A DNA stretch of 64,000 nucleotides from Octopus vulgaris (Eukaryota). Positions within the stretch are counted from its first letter, which is position 1, and every line of letters starts with the position of its first letter. The notes beneath the pieces are model-generated. The model saw nothing but the letters and a program-made list of their open reading frames with translations, was not told where the DNA came from and made no database searches. The stretch spans positions 22,444,001 to 22,508,000 of the forward strand of contig OX597830.1 in assembly GCA_951406725.2 (NCBI GenBank), read 5' to 3'. Made by a program: the position numbers and the translations under genes. This document shows, piece after piece, positions 36,942-51,049 of the stretch.

Positions 36942-37306
36942 TACTCTTTTACTTGTTTCAGTCATTTGACTGCGGCCATGCTGGAGCATCGCCTTTAGTT
37001 GAGCAAATCGACCCCCAGGACCTATTCTTTGGAACCTAGTACTTATTCTATCGGTCTCTTTTGCCGAATCACTAAGTTACGGGGATGTAAACACACCAGC
37101 ATTGGTTGTCACACATTTTTTGGGGGACAAACATACACACACGACAGGCTTCCTTCAGTTTCTGTCTACCAAATCCTCTCACAAGGCTTTGGTCGGCCTG
37201 AGGCTATAGTAGAAGACACTTGCCCAAGGTGTCATGCAGTGGGAATGAACCCGGAACCACGTGGTTCATAAGCAAGCTACTTACTATAGAGCCACTCCTG
37301 CACCTA
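36942..37306 (-). mobile_element. SINE family A
   Basis: Family head and tail. Confidence 0.85.
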
Positions 37307-37996
37307 TAAATAATAATCTCATAGAAATTGACTAAATTCTTTGTTATAAAGTAATTGAAAGAAACACAGAGCATCTCAAAATAAATACAGTAACGAAAGG
37401 GTTAAAATGGTAATTTTTTGCTTTAGGTGTTCAGGTTTTTGGTTTTAATTTTGATTTACTTAAGATTTTTGAACTGGCTGAACAAAAACGTTTTTGATTT
37501 TCTCTTGTGTTTTTAATTATCTGTTTCTCATTTTCTGAGTTTTGCTTTTGACTTAATTGTTTCTGACATCTTTAACCCTTTGGCTTTTGAACTGACCGTA
37601 TCCTTCTCAAATATTCTACCTGTTTTATGTTCCAATCAGCTAGATCCTGCCTCTCACTCCTACCCTGCAATGTCATTCTAAGAATAAACAATCACATCAT
37701 CAACATCTTGAAACTGCGTGACAATTCATAACAATGTGAATAAATGAACATTACATTTGGCTGAGAAATCTTAATGCTAAAGAGTTAATAATAAATAATA
37801 TATAAAATGCCACCTGATGTAAGAAATATGTCTGTGTTCTATCTTTTAATTGTTTCAGTCAGTACTTATTTTCTAAATCTGATGCTTATTCTCTTGGTCT
37901 CTTTGCCAAACTACTAAATTATGTAGATATAAACAGATCAACAATGGTTGCCAAGCAGGTGGGGGAAGGACACAGATGCATTCATGTGTGTGTGTG

Positions 37997-38067
<71 letters not shown>

Positions 38068-39771
38068 ACATGCACAACTGCACACACTCATGCATTGGGC
38101 TTCCGTACAGTTCCTGTTTACTAAATTCACTCACAAGGCATTAGTTGGTCCAGAGCTATAGTAGAAGACACCTGTCTGAGGTGTTGCACATTGGAATTGA
38201 ACCTGAGACCATGTGGTTGGAAAATGAGCTTCATAGCCACACAACTATGCCTGTACCTGTCAGATGTGAATCTGAAAAAAAAAAAAAATTCACTCAATTG
38301 CTTTTTAATATTCTCCTCATTTTCTGAGACCTCCATCTGCCTTCCACCTCACAACCATTTAAAGAGAGGCCTATTTATTCCTACGAGAAGGAACCTTTTT
38401 TTTTTTTTAAAGACTGTCATTAATTAGTTTCTTCAGCCTTTGTTATGACAGATGGCTTAATGTGTGTTGGTAACGATCTTGCCTGAAAATAGCATGACCT
38501 GATATTTTCTTTAAAACTGCGTTAGCTTTATAACCCCTTAAACTCACAGTTTTCCTGGAATTTTAAACTTTCACATTTATAGCAAACTATCAGCATCTTG
38601 TTTCATATAGATTTTTTTTTATTGCAGTCCCATAATTTTGGATTCAGTCCCACTGTGTGTTACCTTGGGTATCTGTCTTCGACTACAGCTCCTGACTAAT
38701 GTCTTGTGAGTGAATTTGGTAGACAGAAATTGTGTACAAGCTTGTTGTATTTGTGTGTTTGTTCCCCAGCACCACTTGGCATCATCTGATATTGGTTTGT
38801 TTACCTCCCCATAGTAGTTTGACAGAGGTCAAACAGAATTAGTAGTAGACTTTAAAAATAGGTAATAGGGTTGGCTTGTTTATCTAAACCCATCAAGACA
38901 GTGTCCCAGCATGGCCACAGTCCAATGACTGAAACAAGTAAAAGATAAAAAAATTCAACAGCAACAACACCGACAGCATTAATTCTTTTGCTAGTTTCCA
39001 TCAAACTTTCCTAAATTTACAGTGAGTGAGTTATCAAGTTGTTTTAGTTTGAAATGGCATTTTTTTCTCTATTGTTTTTAAAAAAACTAGTTTATTCAGA
39101 TCACTCTATAAATTCTGAAATTTTCCAGTAATTTGACTCTTGGTGTCACATATCATCTTAACCTTGTCATGTCATATTGTTGCTACAGCAGGAATAGGTT
39201 AAGCGTCATCTCCTCTGGATTCACAGTAAAGCGGTAATGAACAACACGCATAGAAAAAGATGATGGAGCTGATTCTGTCCATTAGTTTGCCTGCAATTGT
39301 TACCCTTGAGCTGTATATTTATATTTTGGCGTTAGGAAGGGCATCCAGCAGCAGAAACCATGCCAAAACAGAGATGGAACCTGAACAGCCCTTAACCTGG
39401 TCAGCTTCTGTCAAACTGTCCAACCTTTGCCAGCACAAGAAACGGACATCAAATAATGATGATGAAACTGGGTGGAGGGTAAAGTTAGGCACAAGCGCCC
39501 AGGTCTGAGAGGGTTAACATTACTACTACAGGTTAAACACTGGCTTTCCAGTCACTGATGGCCAGGTACTTATTATAACCCACACTAATTTACAAACAGG
39601 GAAACAGAAATTCCTGTGGCTGCCAGACCAGTACAGTATGAGTAAATGTGTATCATTTATACTAGTGGTTCTCAACCATTTTTTGCCTGTAGACCCCTTA
39701 GATTTCTATTTTACATTACTTGACCCTCATACCCTTTCAGTGTTTTAAAAAATCCTATTCTATTTTTATAT

Positions 39772-40090
39772 TTAACACATAAAGTGAGACAGGCCACGAT
39801 CATGGCCATCAGGCACAGGTCGACAGGCCACAATTGTGGCCCAGATAATTGCATTTAATTTATGGGCGTTTGTTGGGGTCTTATCTCACTCAAATGCTCC
39901 GATACCCCCAAGATTGCAAGAGGACTAATAGTTCAACTAATGACTTTTCAGATGATGTAAAACTTGCCACCATTATTTACTAAGAAGTTATTTTAACTAT
40001 TTTTTATGTGTGCATGGTCGTCTCATTTTCATAAAATGTGCTCAGCAGACCATGCTATGTAAGTGCAAATCTCAGCGCTTTATGGGTTAA
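39772..40090. mobile_element. piggyBac-type MITE nested in a hAT-type MITE (starting about 39664)
   Basis: ttaacacataaagtg ... cgctttatgggttaa. The flanks rejoin into the 'agtggttctcaacc...' family. Confidence 0.65.
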
Positions 40091-40167
40091 ATATTATTAG
40101 TAATTGTATAAAAAATTGTTAGAGTATTTTGTGTATTGTAGAAGTATATCCAATTTATTGTATACCC

Positions 40168-40412
40168 TTTACTCTTTTACTGGTTTCAGTCATGCTGGAG
40201 CACTGCCTTTAGTCGAGCAAGTCGACCCCGGGACTTATTCTTTGTAAGCCTAGTACTTATTTTTTCGGTCTTTTTTGCCGAACTGCTAAGTTACGGGGAC
40301 GTAAACACACCAGCATCGGTTGTCAAGCGATGTTGAGGGGGACAAACACAGACACACAAACATATACACACACACACACACACATACATACATACATACA
40401 TACATACATACA

Positions 40413-40448
<36 letters not shown>

Positions 40449-40638
40449 TATATATACACACACACACATATATATGACGGGCTTCTTTCAATTTCAGTCT
40501 ACCAAATCCACTCACAAGGCTTTGGTCGGCCTAAGGCTATAGTAGAAGACACTCGCCCAAGGTGCCATGCAGTGGGACTGAACCTGGAACCATGTGGTTG
40601 GTGAGCAAGCTACTTATCACACAGCCACTCCTACGCCT
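40168..40638 (-). mobile_element. SINE family A with expanded (CATA)n middle
   Basis: Family head and tail, with (TACA)n at 40383-40440. Confidence 0.85.
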
Positions 40639-43600
40639 GTATATAAATTTTTAACAACAAAATCCTTCTATGGACCCTGGTTTAGTCCCATTGACTTGTA
40701 CTAATGTACAGGTATCTGTATTTCATTTAATGAAGTAAATTTAACATTGGTTTAATTTAGTTTGTTGACCTAGGTGAGCAACCTTGGTCTAGAAAAATTA
40801 ATCTGGAAAGGCGTTGGGACCAAATGTTTCAGGAAATTGATATTGTACCTGCACTGAGTTTCACATTAACCATTATATTTTTTATGCCAATTTAATAAAC
40901 ACTTGAAGAAGTTTCATTTTCTGTTTCTTCATTTTCCTCAACCTTTTTCTAAATTTACATACTGACTGACCAGAAGTTACTCTTTTTGCTGCATTTATTA
41001 AATGCTGGGTATTGTGTTGGTGTAAACACATTCCCAAAAGCGACATTTAGAATCAGATATGTACTTGGCATGGATATGTGGTTAAGAAGCTTGTATTGTA
41101 ACTGCATGATTTTAGGTTCAGTCCCACAGCGTGGTACTCTGACCAAGTGTCTTTTATTATAGCCCAGGCCAACCATTGCTTTGTGAAAGAATTTGGTAGA
41201 TAGAAACTTTGTGGAAGCCTATCGTGTGTGTATGTGTGTCTGTATATGTGTAGTAGTGTATATATGTGTGTGTTATTGTTTGTCCACTTACCACCACTTG
41301 ATAACTGGTGTTGATTTGTTTACATCCCCATAACTTAGTGGTTCAGCAAAAGAAACTGATAGAATAAGAATCAAACTTTAAAATTAAAAAAAGTACGAAG
41401 TCAATCTGCTTGACTTAAAAACTCCTCAACATAGTGCCCCAACATGGCCACAGTCCATGACTGAAACCAGTAAAAGATAAATGGTAATATATGACACGAT
41501 GGCATCATTAAGATTGTGCTTGCTTCCTATTTTTTTTCTTTTTTTAGTTTCGTTATCTCAGATTTAGAAATCATTTCAATGCACTGATTAAACTTTGAGT
41601 CGTTGGCAGATTTTCTGATGCTTTTAATACAATGCTCAGATGATTATCATTTATGAGTTTTGTTTAAATTGTACCTTCTTCTGCCCTCTGTCCTTTCAGT
41701 GCAATTTTTTCAAATTCATAAGAAGCTGACTCACATAATCTCTGAGAATAATTTTAGATCAATTCAGATTTTGATGTGATTAGAATTTGACCCTTTCAAC
41801 AATTATTAATTTCTTTTGAGGTACAGACATGGCTGGGTGGTTAGGAAGTTTGTTTTACAACCATGTGGTGTCAGTTTCAGGCCCACTGTTTAGCACTTTG
41901 GGCAAGTGTCTTCTATAGCGCAGGGCTGGCCCAAAGCCTTGTGAGTAGATTAGGTGGACAGAGACTGAAAGAGGATCTTTGTATTTGTGTGTGAGTGTAT
42001 GTTTGTTTACCCTTGTCTAGACATTATGTGATGGTTGTAAACAAGCATCATTGTCATATAGGTGAGGTTGTTTGTTTCCAGTTTTCTGTGAAAAACATGT
42101 CTGGCGTTGGGAGAATATTACTTTGCTTGGAAAGAGGTGAGTGTTGGTGACAGGTGGGGCATCCAGCTTTTCTTTTATTCTTTTACTTGTTTGTCATTTG
42201 ACTGCGGCCATGCTGGAGCACCACCTTTAGTCGAACAAATTGACCCCAGGACTTATTCTTTGTAAGCCTAGTACTTAGTCTGTCTGTTTCTTTTGCCGAA
42301 CCAGTAATTTTACAGGGACGTAGACAAACCAACATCGGTTGTCAAGCAATGGAGGGGAGACACACGTACACAAATATATCCATACATATATACAATGGGC
42401 TTGCTTAAGTTTCCGTCTATCAAATCTACTCCCAAGGCTTTGGTCAGCCCAAGGCTATAGTAGAAGACACTTGCCCAAGGTGCCATGCAATGGAACTGAA
42501 CCCGGAACCATGTGGTTGGGAAGCAAGCTACTTACCACACAGCCACACATGTGCCTGCCTCAACAAATTTTATCTGAGTCATCAAGCAAGCATGGAAAAG
42601 TGGATGTTAAATGATTATGAAGTGATGACATTATCAGAGATGTTGTACTGATAAATATCATTTCCTCATTTTCCAGGGGTTTTACCATAACAGAAACTTT
42701 TTTCAAATGATCACCATATTTGCTTTTGATGGAAACCAGTTTTATTTATCATCACAAATGTCTAGTGGCAAAGCAATGATGATAAGGTTCTATTATTGCT
42801 GAGTCATTAACCGAATGATCGTTGTTATTAAGTGACAATACCTGCATATAATCTATTATGTCAGGAAGCTTTTTTAAAATTGATTAACTGTGCTTTCTGA
42901 CAGTGAATTAGTAGCCACCTTAGTGTTGAACACATGTAATGCAGCAATAATATTAGCATTACATTCTGAGTTCAAATTCTGCTGAGGTCAGCTTTGCTTT
43001 TTATCCTTTTGGAATCGATAGAATAAGTACCAGTTGAGCAGTGGGGTTGATGTAATTGTCTTACCCCCTCCTCTGAAATTGCTGACCTTGTGCTAAAATC
43101 TGAAATCAATACTAGCATAACACTAATCTCACATTTTGTTGTATGTCGGGACAGTCATTACGCCAATGACAAACAAGGCACTCAATTTTATTTCACTTTA
43201 TTTTTATTTGTCAATTAGTTAATCATTTAACCAATTAACTAATCAGTTGTTTGCTTAATTGTTCTGTTAATCACTCAGCTAAGTTTGTCAAAGTCCCTTT
43301 GTTGCCATTTGTAATTTCTCTGCTTCAGGTCTGCTTCTGACTTGTCTGTTTCCATGTCTACAAGTTCTATATTTATATAGATGTGGAGGAGAAAGGGAAA
43401 ATGTATGTGAAAGTTCATCTGTATGTGTGCATGCACTGGTGAATTTGTGTGGCATAATGGATTCTGTGAGTACATATGAGAGAGAACGTGTGTGAGCATG
43501 TGTGTCTTCATGTATGTGTATGGTGTGGGTTTCATGAGTTATGCTTGTCTTTGAGTAAAACCTTGAATATTTGCTTTGATATGGAGCAGTTCATGACTTT

Positions 43601-45527
43601 GGATAAGTTTGTATGCCATGGGTAGAAGAATCATCTTGATGTTTCAAGACTGTCTGCTTTTATTTTTTAACAAATGTTTTTGAGGCAGTACTGAGGAATA
43701 AATGTTAGAAGAGAAGGAAATAACCAACGCAAAGAGGGTGTAGATAGTATATTTGCAAATTAAATGTGTCACCGAGCAAGCAGGGTGGAGCAGTGCATGT
43801 ATGAACAGGGTAAGAGAGTGGTCATGTGATGGAGGCACTACATCAACTGTTTGGTGTCTTATGACATGATCAAGTTTTCTTCCATAAACTTTTAATCATG
43901 TGATTAAAAAAAAGCAAATGTATCGGATAAACACGTTTGTTTACATGTTCTCCTTTTAGTTTACTAAGATGCATATTTTCATCGTTTTATGTTCACTCTT
44001 CTATGCTGGCATGGGTTTGATGGAGACTTATTGCAGTAGTATCTTATACCGAGTCCATTTCCTGTTGCTAACTCTGACTTGTGTTACGAGTAAGGGATTT
44101 CTTTTTCATTTCATTGATCTTCACATGTTGCAGTTGCTGAGTTACAAGAAGTATTGTTTACAAGGGATATAAACCTGACATCACTATTTTTGCTCCGATG
44201 ATGTCATGTGAAGATACCTGGAATGCAAATGTACTCAGATGGGCAAACTCAATGCTTGCATCCCTGGTCTTTCCCTACCCCTGAATAATCATTTTCCACA
44301 TTTGTCCTTCAGCTCTGCCTAATCTTTACAGTTGTTGCCTATCTCCCCTCTCCCAGTCCCTCATCTCTCAACTACTCACACTCCTTGTCCCTTGTTCCCC
44401 ACTCGCTTCTACTTGGCTCATATCTTGAGGGGCCACCTGGACACCTCATTACCACCTATTTAATCTTTTTGCAGCTCTGCCTCATCATTCTTGTTCTCCT
44501 TTCTAAAATGCAAATAGTCATAAACCTGTTTTGCTCTCTCCCCACTTCTCTCCTACTTTAATCCCTCATCTTTTAATGTGAAGCTGCTCCTGACCTTGGG
44601 GTTCATAATCTTGCAAGCTCCATGGTGACCTCACTAGTGCTGGTGGCATGAAAACAGCACCCTTTGCATAATGTAAAGTGGTTGGTGCCAGGAAGGGCTT
44701 CCTACTACAGAAACCTGCCAAAACAAATACTGGAGCATGATGTAGTCCTTAGACCTAGCAGATCCTATCAAACCATCTAAAATGATGATGATGATGATGA
44801 TAATGTGTGTGTGTGTGTGTATATAGTTCAAATCTTCAGAAAACAAATGAAGACAGATGAAAGAACAAGAAGCAGGTGTGTTAGTTTAACATTCAGGAAG
44901 AATGAAAAAGTCTTTGATGTTTCCAGCCTATGCTTATTTGACACAAAGGATGGAGAGAGAAGGAAAAAAAAAAGGAAGAGCGAAAATGTGTAGGAATTAA
45001 CGATTCAACATATATATACATACATACATACATACATACATACATACATGCATGCATGCATGCATGCATGCATGCATGCATGCATATGATGGGTTTCCTT
45101 ACAGTACTGCTACCAATTTCACTCACACAGCTATAATAGAAGTTACTTGTCCAAAGTGCTATGCGGTGGGATAGAAGCTTAAAACTACATGGTTATGAAG
45201 TTTATCTCTGCCTGGCTGTGTGGTAGCTTGCTTACCAACCACATGGTTCCGGGTTCATTCCCACTTCGTGACACCTTGAGTAAGTGTTTTCTATAGCATC
45301 GGGCTGACCAAAGCCTTGTGAGTGGATTTGGTAGATGGAAACTGAAAGAAGCTCGTCATATATATAATTTTGTGTGTGTCTGTGTTTGTCCCCCCCCCCC
45401 CGCAAATCGCTTTATTGGACCTCTTTTGATGTTTTGAGAAATAAAACAATGCACAAAGGTGTATAAAAAAAAAATGTGGGAAGACTTGATACAGGCACGA
45501 AATTAATAAACCCATCAGACTTATGTA

Positions 45528-45909
45528 TACTCTTTACTTGTTTCAGTCATTTGATTGCGGACATGCTGGAGCACCACCTTTAGTTGAGCAAAGTGACCGG
45601 GACTTATTCTTTATAAGCCTAGTACTTATTCTATCGGTCTCTTTTGCCGAACTGCTATGTTACGGGGACGTAAACACACCAGCATCGGTTGTCAAGCGAT
45701 GTTGGGGGGGGGGGGGGGACAAACACAGACACACAAACATATATATATACATATATACGATGGGCGTCTTTCAGTTTCAGTCTACCAAATCCATTCACAA
45801 GGCTTTGGTTGGCCCGAAGACACTTGCCCAAAGTGCGACACAGTGGGACTGAACCCAGAACCATGTGGTTGATAAGCAAGCTACTTACCACACAGCCACT
45901 CCTGTGCCT
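45528..45909 (-). mobile_element. SINE family A (inverted partial copy at about 45210-45400)
   Basis: Family head and tail. Confidence 0.85.
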
Positions 45910-46614
45910 ACATGATATAATTTATTGGCTAGCTAAACCACAAGGGTATGGCAGCATAATATGATCATTGCTTGCTGTACATTTTAGATGAAACAGCAAC
46001 CCGATTAATACAATTCTCAACCTGGGCAAAATCAAAACCTTGAAACTTTGAGAAAAAAAAATGACTCACATTTGATATATTGTTACAAAAAGCAGCATTG
46101 CTTAGCATTTATTCACACACACACACACACACACACACCCATGTATACCCATTCTCTCACACTCTCTCTCACTGCCGAGTGAGATATACATACAAGTGAG
46201 TTTTTAAATCTCTGATGGGATATGTTTCAGGCAATCCTTGTCTTCAATGGGAGTTGCTCCCTAGTTACATTTACTGTGTCCCAATTTATGTGTTTCAGAT
46301 TTTATATACGTCAAGCAACAACAGAAGCACAAATACAATCATTGTTAGTTATACATTCAATGACAATAGGTATTTGTGGCTGTTTGTACCTTGTTCTTAT
46401 TAAAGGTTTGTTGGTTGTCCTATATTTTTGACTTATTATGAACAAACAACCTGCTCTAGTTTACATTATTGCAGTTCTTTTAATCACTGTACTATTAGTA
46501 GGTCTTTACTACTTGACAGATTTTTCATGTAAAAGAAACCTTAATAATAGAAAAAAATGTTGGGGGAAGAATTTTCCAAATTTGTGAAATTTAACCTTCT
46601 TATTATGGTATTTT

Positions 46615-47009
46615 GGATCTTTTCCGTTTGAATGGCAGTTTTTTCTAGTCATCTATAATTATGACTCTAGTATCGATCTATTGTATTTCAATTTGTTTTA
46701 GGGTTAGGGGTGGGGGGAAGGGTATCTTTTTTTTCTTCAGAAATGTAAATAAACCCAATCTGTTTCTTAAACGAGGGCCATATTCATACGGCACAGAATG
46801 TTTTCACCTCAATAGATGTCATTGATTGGTTGAAATTGAAGAAATTAAAGAAAAAAAGACAACAAATATCTTACAAACTATAGAATTTTCTGAATAAAGC
46901 CAAGAGAAAAAGATGTTTTATAAACACATTCTACCAATATACGAAGTTTAAAAGTGTTTAGTTACGTGGAAATTATTTTTAAAAACTGCCGGTCAAACTG
47001 AAAAGATCT
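46615..47009. mobile_element. MITE with ~28-bp TIRs and ~8-bp TSD, nested in a TTAA MITE
   Basis: ggtatttt|ggatcttttccgtttgaatggcagttttt ... aaaaactgccggtcaaactgaaaagatct|ggtatttc. Confidence 0.8.
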
Positions 47010-47826
47010 GGTATTTCTGTTGCAATATTCTCTCTTTGTTTCAATTAATTAAAAAAAAAATTAAGAATTTAGTAAAATAATTTGGTCATTATTAAGCTGG
47101 TGTTTCAAACTTAAATTAGCATCAAATTTTGATGGAAGATTTTAATTTAGATCACTTTAAAATAGGTTGTTTGTGCCCTGGAACCAAGATCAGTCTCGTG
47201 TCGATTGGTAACTTTTGTATCCTTGCATTTTAGATATATGATTTAACAAAATGGAGGTAAAGCTATGTATTCAAAAATATACTTTTGACTACTGCTACTT
47301 GAGACTCCAAACGCTCTCTGTCATTTCAATGATAATATTACTCTTTATAAGAGTCCAAGGAGTCCATCTTTTAATCCTCCAGGGGTGTTAATGTCTATCA
47401 TCACATCTCCCCTTTTGAGATTGACTTCTGTTGAAGGGAATAACTTTTTTTTTTTTCACATCACGTCTCCCTTTTTGAGATTTACTTCCCATAAAGCTTA
47501 ATAATTTTTTTGTTTGTTTTGGAACTACCTCCAAAAATTCTGCGTTTTTTTTCCCTTGTACTGGTATACCTTGGTTTGATGATTTCTTGTGGCATCAACA
47601 CATCTTGCAAAAATTCTAGATTTATTTTCGACCATAAGTGACTTCATTCTAGAAATTCCTGGTTGTTCAGTATGGAATTCCTTTAACATTCGATTTTATA
47701 GTGATACAGGCATTATGACCCTCTGTGCATACATTAGCATATTATCACATATTGAATGCAAATTTGAAGCTGCTACATCTAGCCACATGTATTTTTAAAA
47801 TTTCTTCTGATTTCACTGTTTTACAC

Positions 47827-48167
47827 TGGGTCATAGTGCTAGTGCATGCATATACAGCTGTGTGCATGCGCACATACACGCGATACTGTCCAAATCTCCG
47901 ATAAATCACATACAGCTAGCTGGCATTCAATTGGCATATCAAGTTTCGGGCATTTTGATTGGGTTTTGGATAGAAAATTCACAAAAAAAGTCACTTCTAG
48001 TGATTTTTTAATGGCTTTGCGGGGTGACTGGGGAAATGTAAAGATGTGCACGATCACCCTTGGACGGTTTTGAATGACCATAGAAAGTGTGAGCCCTCAA
48101 ACTGAAAAATTGTGGATTTGTATAAAGGACACACACACACACATTTTGCTGTTTATATATAGAGAGA
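47827..48167 (-). mobile_element. Probable non-autonomous Helitron inserted in the Gypsy pol region
   Basis: Minus strand begins A|TCTCTCTATATATAAA...(TG)n. The 3' part matches 35553-35663 and stops within the first hairpin arm. Confidence 0.6.
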
Positions 48168-48456
48168 TTTGGCTATCTCTGCCTTATTTTTTAATTCCTC
48201 CAATGAGACAGACATTCCATGTACAACATTGCCCAATGTATTTTTTCTTTTCTTTTTGGCCCTTAATGCTGCTGTTACTGTCTTCTAGTGGTTCACTGTA
48301 TTTTGGTATTAATCTTGACAAACCATCTTCATGTCCCAATGTTTTAGATGGCAAATATTCCATCTTGAAGTCATAATTCTGTAGGATCGTTTCTCAGCAG
48401 TGCAATCTGTTGGCTGTATGTGTGGGGATACCCTTTTTTGATCCATAAATCAACAA

Positions 48457-48855
48457 AGGAGTGGCTGTGTGGTAAGCAGCTTGCTTACCAACCACATGGT
48501 TCCAGGTTCAGTCCCACTGCATAGCACCTTGGGCAAGTGTCTTCAACTATAGCCTCAGGCTGACCAAAACCTTGAGTGGATTTGGTAGACGGAAACTGAA
48601 AGAAGCCTGTTATATATATATGTATATGTATGAGTGTGTATATGTTTGTGTGTCTGTGTTTGTCCTCCCCAACATTGCTTGACAACCGATGCTGGTGTGT
48701 TTACGTCCCCGTAACTTACCGGTTCGGCAAAGGAGACCAATGGAATAAATACTAGGCTTACAAAGAATAAGTCCTGGGGTCGATTTGCTCAACTAAAGGC
48801 AGTGCTCCAGCATGGCCATAGTCAAATGACTGAAACAAGTAAAAGAGTAAGAGTA
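48457..48855 (+). mobile_element. SINE family A inserted in Gypsy RNase H (a second, minus-strand partial copy at 49122-49411)
   Basis: Interrupts the pol reading after 'LQTDH' and before 'LLIYGSKKGIPTHTANRL'. Confidence 0.85.
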
Positions 48856-50652
48856 ATGATGGTCAGTGGTCTGTCTGCAAATGGAATCTTCTTCCATGTA
48901 TAAATTTAGGGAATTTTTTTGCTGCAAATATGATGGCTAATGCTTCCTTCTCTATCTGACTAACCTTTCCCAGCTGGCAATAAGGAATGTGAAGCATGAG
49001 CTACAGGTTTCAGCCTATCATCTTAATACTTGTGTAAAATAATAACTCTAATACCACTTTCACTGGTGTCTGATGCTACTACTATTTCTAAATTTAGGTC
49101 AAAATGTGATGACAATTCCAATACTCTTTTACTCTTTACTCTTTTACTTGTTTCAGTCAGTTGACTGCGGCCATGCTGGAGCACCGCCTTTAGTCGAGCA
49201 ACTCGACCCCGGGAATTATTCTTTGTAAGCCCAGTACTTATTCTATCGGTCTCTTTTTGCCGAACCGCTAGGTGACGGGGACATAAACACACCAGCATCG
49301 ATTGTCAAGCAATGCTAGGGGACAAACACAGACACACAAACATACACGCACATATATATATATATATATACGACGGGCTTCTTTCAGTTTCCGTCTACCA
49401 AATCCACTCACATGTTAAGATGTTTTTAATTTCTTCAAAAGCTTTTTGGCATTTGTCCAACCAGCTCCACTTAACGTCTTGTTTTTAGCAAGTTTTTCAG
49501 AAGGGTGCTCTTAAATCATGCATAGTTGGTATGTATACCTGGTAGTAATTTGCGGACCCTAAAAATGCTTGTAACATTGTAATGTTTGTTCGAGGAGGTA
49601 TATTTTTTATTGCACTTACCTTTGACGGATCTGGTCTGCATCCATTTTCATCTATAATCTGCCCTAGATATTTTCTTCTTGGCATAAAAAATTCACACTT
49701 TTCCTCACTGAGCTTAAAATCATAATCTTTTATTTTTCCAAAGACCTTTTTAACATGCTCTGTAAGCTGACCACGAGATTCACTTTTTATGAATATGTCA
49801 TCAAGGTAAGCTATAGTGAAATCAGAACCTGTTGCTACCTTTATACCAAAAGGAAGTTGATTAAATTTATACACTCCTTTGTGGGTATTTATCATTAATA
49901 ATTTAAAATTTTTCACACTCTCTGTTACCAACCCTAGCATAGGTGATGAAATCTTCATCTTTTTTAACCAAACCTAAACACTACCAGCGAATACTGAATA
50001 GGGAACTTCTTTCATTGAAAATTTTCAATAAGTTAATTGTTTCATCAAAATAAATCTCATCTGGTTTCTTCAGCAGAATATAATTACAATATTTTTCGTG
50101 TTCGGCAGGGGATAACTTCCTAAAAAGTAGTTGCACTTTTTACTCATCAATCCAGTTTCTACATTCTTCTTTGAAGATTTCTTCGTAACTTCGAAAATAT
50201 GCAGAGGGAGAAATATCTTCTGGGTTATAAATGAACTCGCCATTTGAGTCCACTACACTGTCCGATGTGAATGACCCTGAAGTACTTTCAGACTTCTTCA
50301 ACATTAATTCTGGCAGTTGTTTTTGTTGCTGTTTTAGTTGCTGTTGCAACTGCATCATGCAGGCTGATAAGTCCTCCATGTTAACAATTTTTTTCTTTGA
50401 TTTTGTACCCAAAAATTTTAACGTCTGACACAAGCTTTGAGTATCTCATCACCACTTTTATATCCTTGTGTTTTGGATATATGCTGTAATGAATCTGAGG
50501 TGAAACAATGTATTCAAAGATGTACTTTGACTACTGCTACAGAAGACTCCAAATGCCATCTGTTGTCTTAATGATAACGTTACTCTTTATAAGAGTTGAA
50601 CGAGTGTTTAATGTCTATCACCACAACAGTAACAAAAGAGTTAAACAAGTTA

Positions 50653-51049
50653 AGGCGTAGGAGCGGCTGTGTGGTAAGTAGCTTGCTTATGAACCACATG
50701 GTTCCGGGTTCAGTCCCACTGCGTGACACCTTGGGCAAGTGTCTTGTACTATTGCCTCGGGCCAACCAAAGCTTTGTGAGTGGATTTGGTAGGTGGAAAC
50801 TGAAAGAAGCCCGTCATATATATATGTATGTGTGTGTATATGTTTGTGTGTCTGTGTTTGTCCCCCCAACATCGCTTGACAACCGATGGTGGTGTTTACG
50901 TCCCCATAACTTAGCAGTTCAGCCAAAGAGACCGATAGAATAAGTACTAGGCTTACAAAGAATAAGTCCTAGGGTCGATTTGCTCGACTAAAGGCGGTGG
51001 GTGCTCCAGCATGGCCACAGTCAAATGCCTGAAACGGCTAAAAGAGTAA
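50653..51049 (+). mobile_element. SINE family A
   Basis: Family head and tail. Confidence 0.85.

Larger units (their letters stand above)
47212..50628 (-). mobile_element. Deleted Ty3/Gypsy (K02A2.6/Mag-like) LTR retrotransposon with both LTRs
   Basis: LTRs at about 50628-50455 and 47405-47212. PBS TGGTGATGAG at 50454-50445, PPT AAAAGGGGAGA before 47405, GTAA TSD at 47208-47211 and 50629-50632. Gag fragment 50140-50373, RT 'LPFG..AYLDD..FLG.ANYY' 49497-49958, RNase H 'VVASDTS..SQIEKEALAII' about 48860-49120, integrase-adjacent 'RMLKEFH..PGISRMKSL' about 47640-47720. Confidence 0.92.

Noticed and set aside
46299-46369. Possible exon (tttcag|ATTTTA...AATAG|gtattt) as LMBR1-like exon 2
   Set aside because: Translation ILYTSSNNRSTNTIIVSYTFNDN lacks the expected transmembrane character, and the donor is weak.
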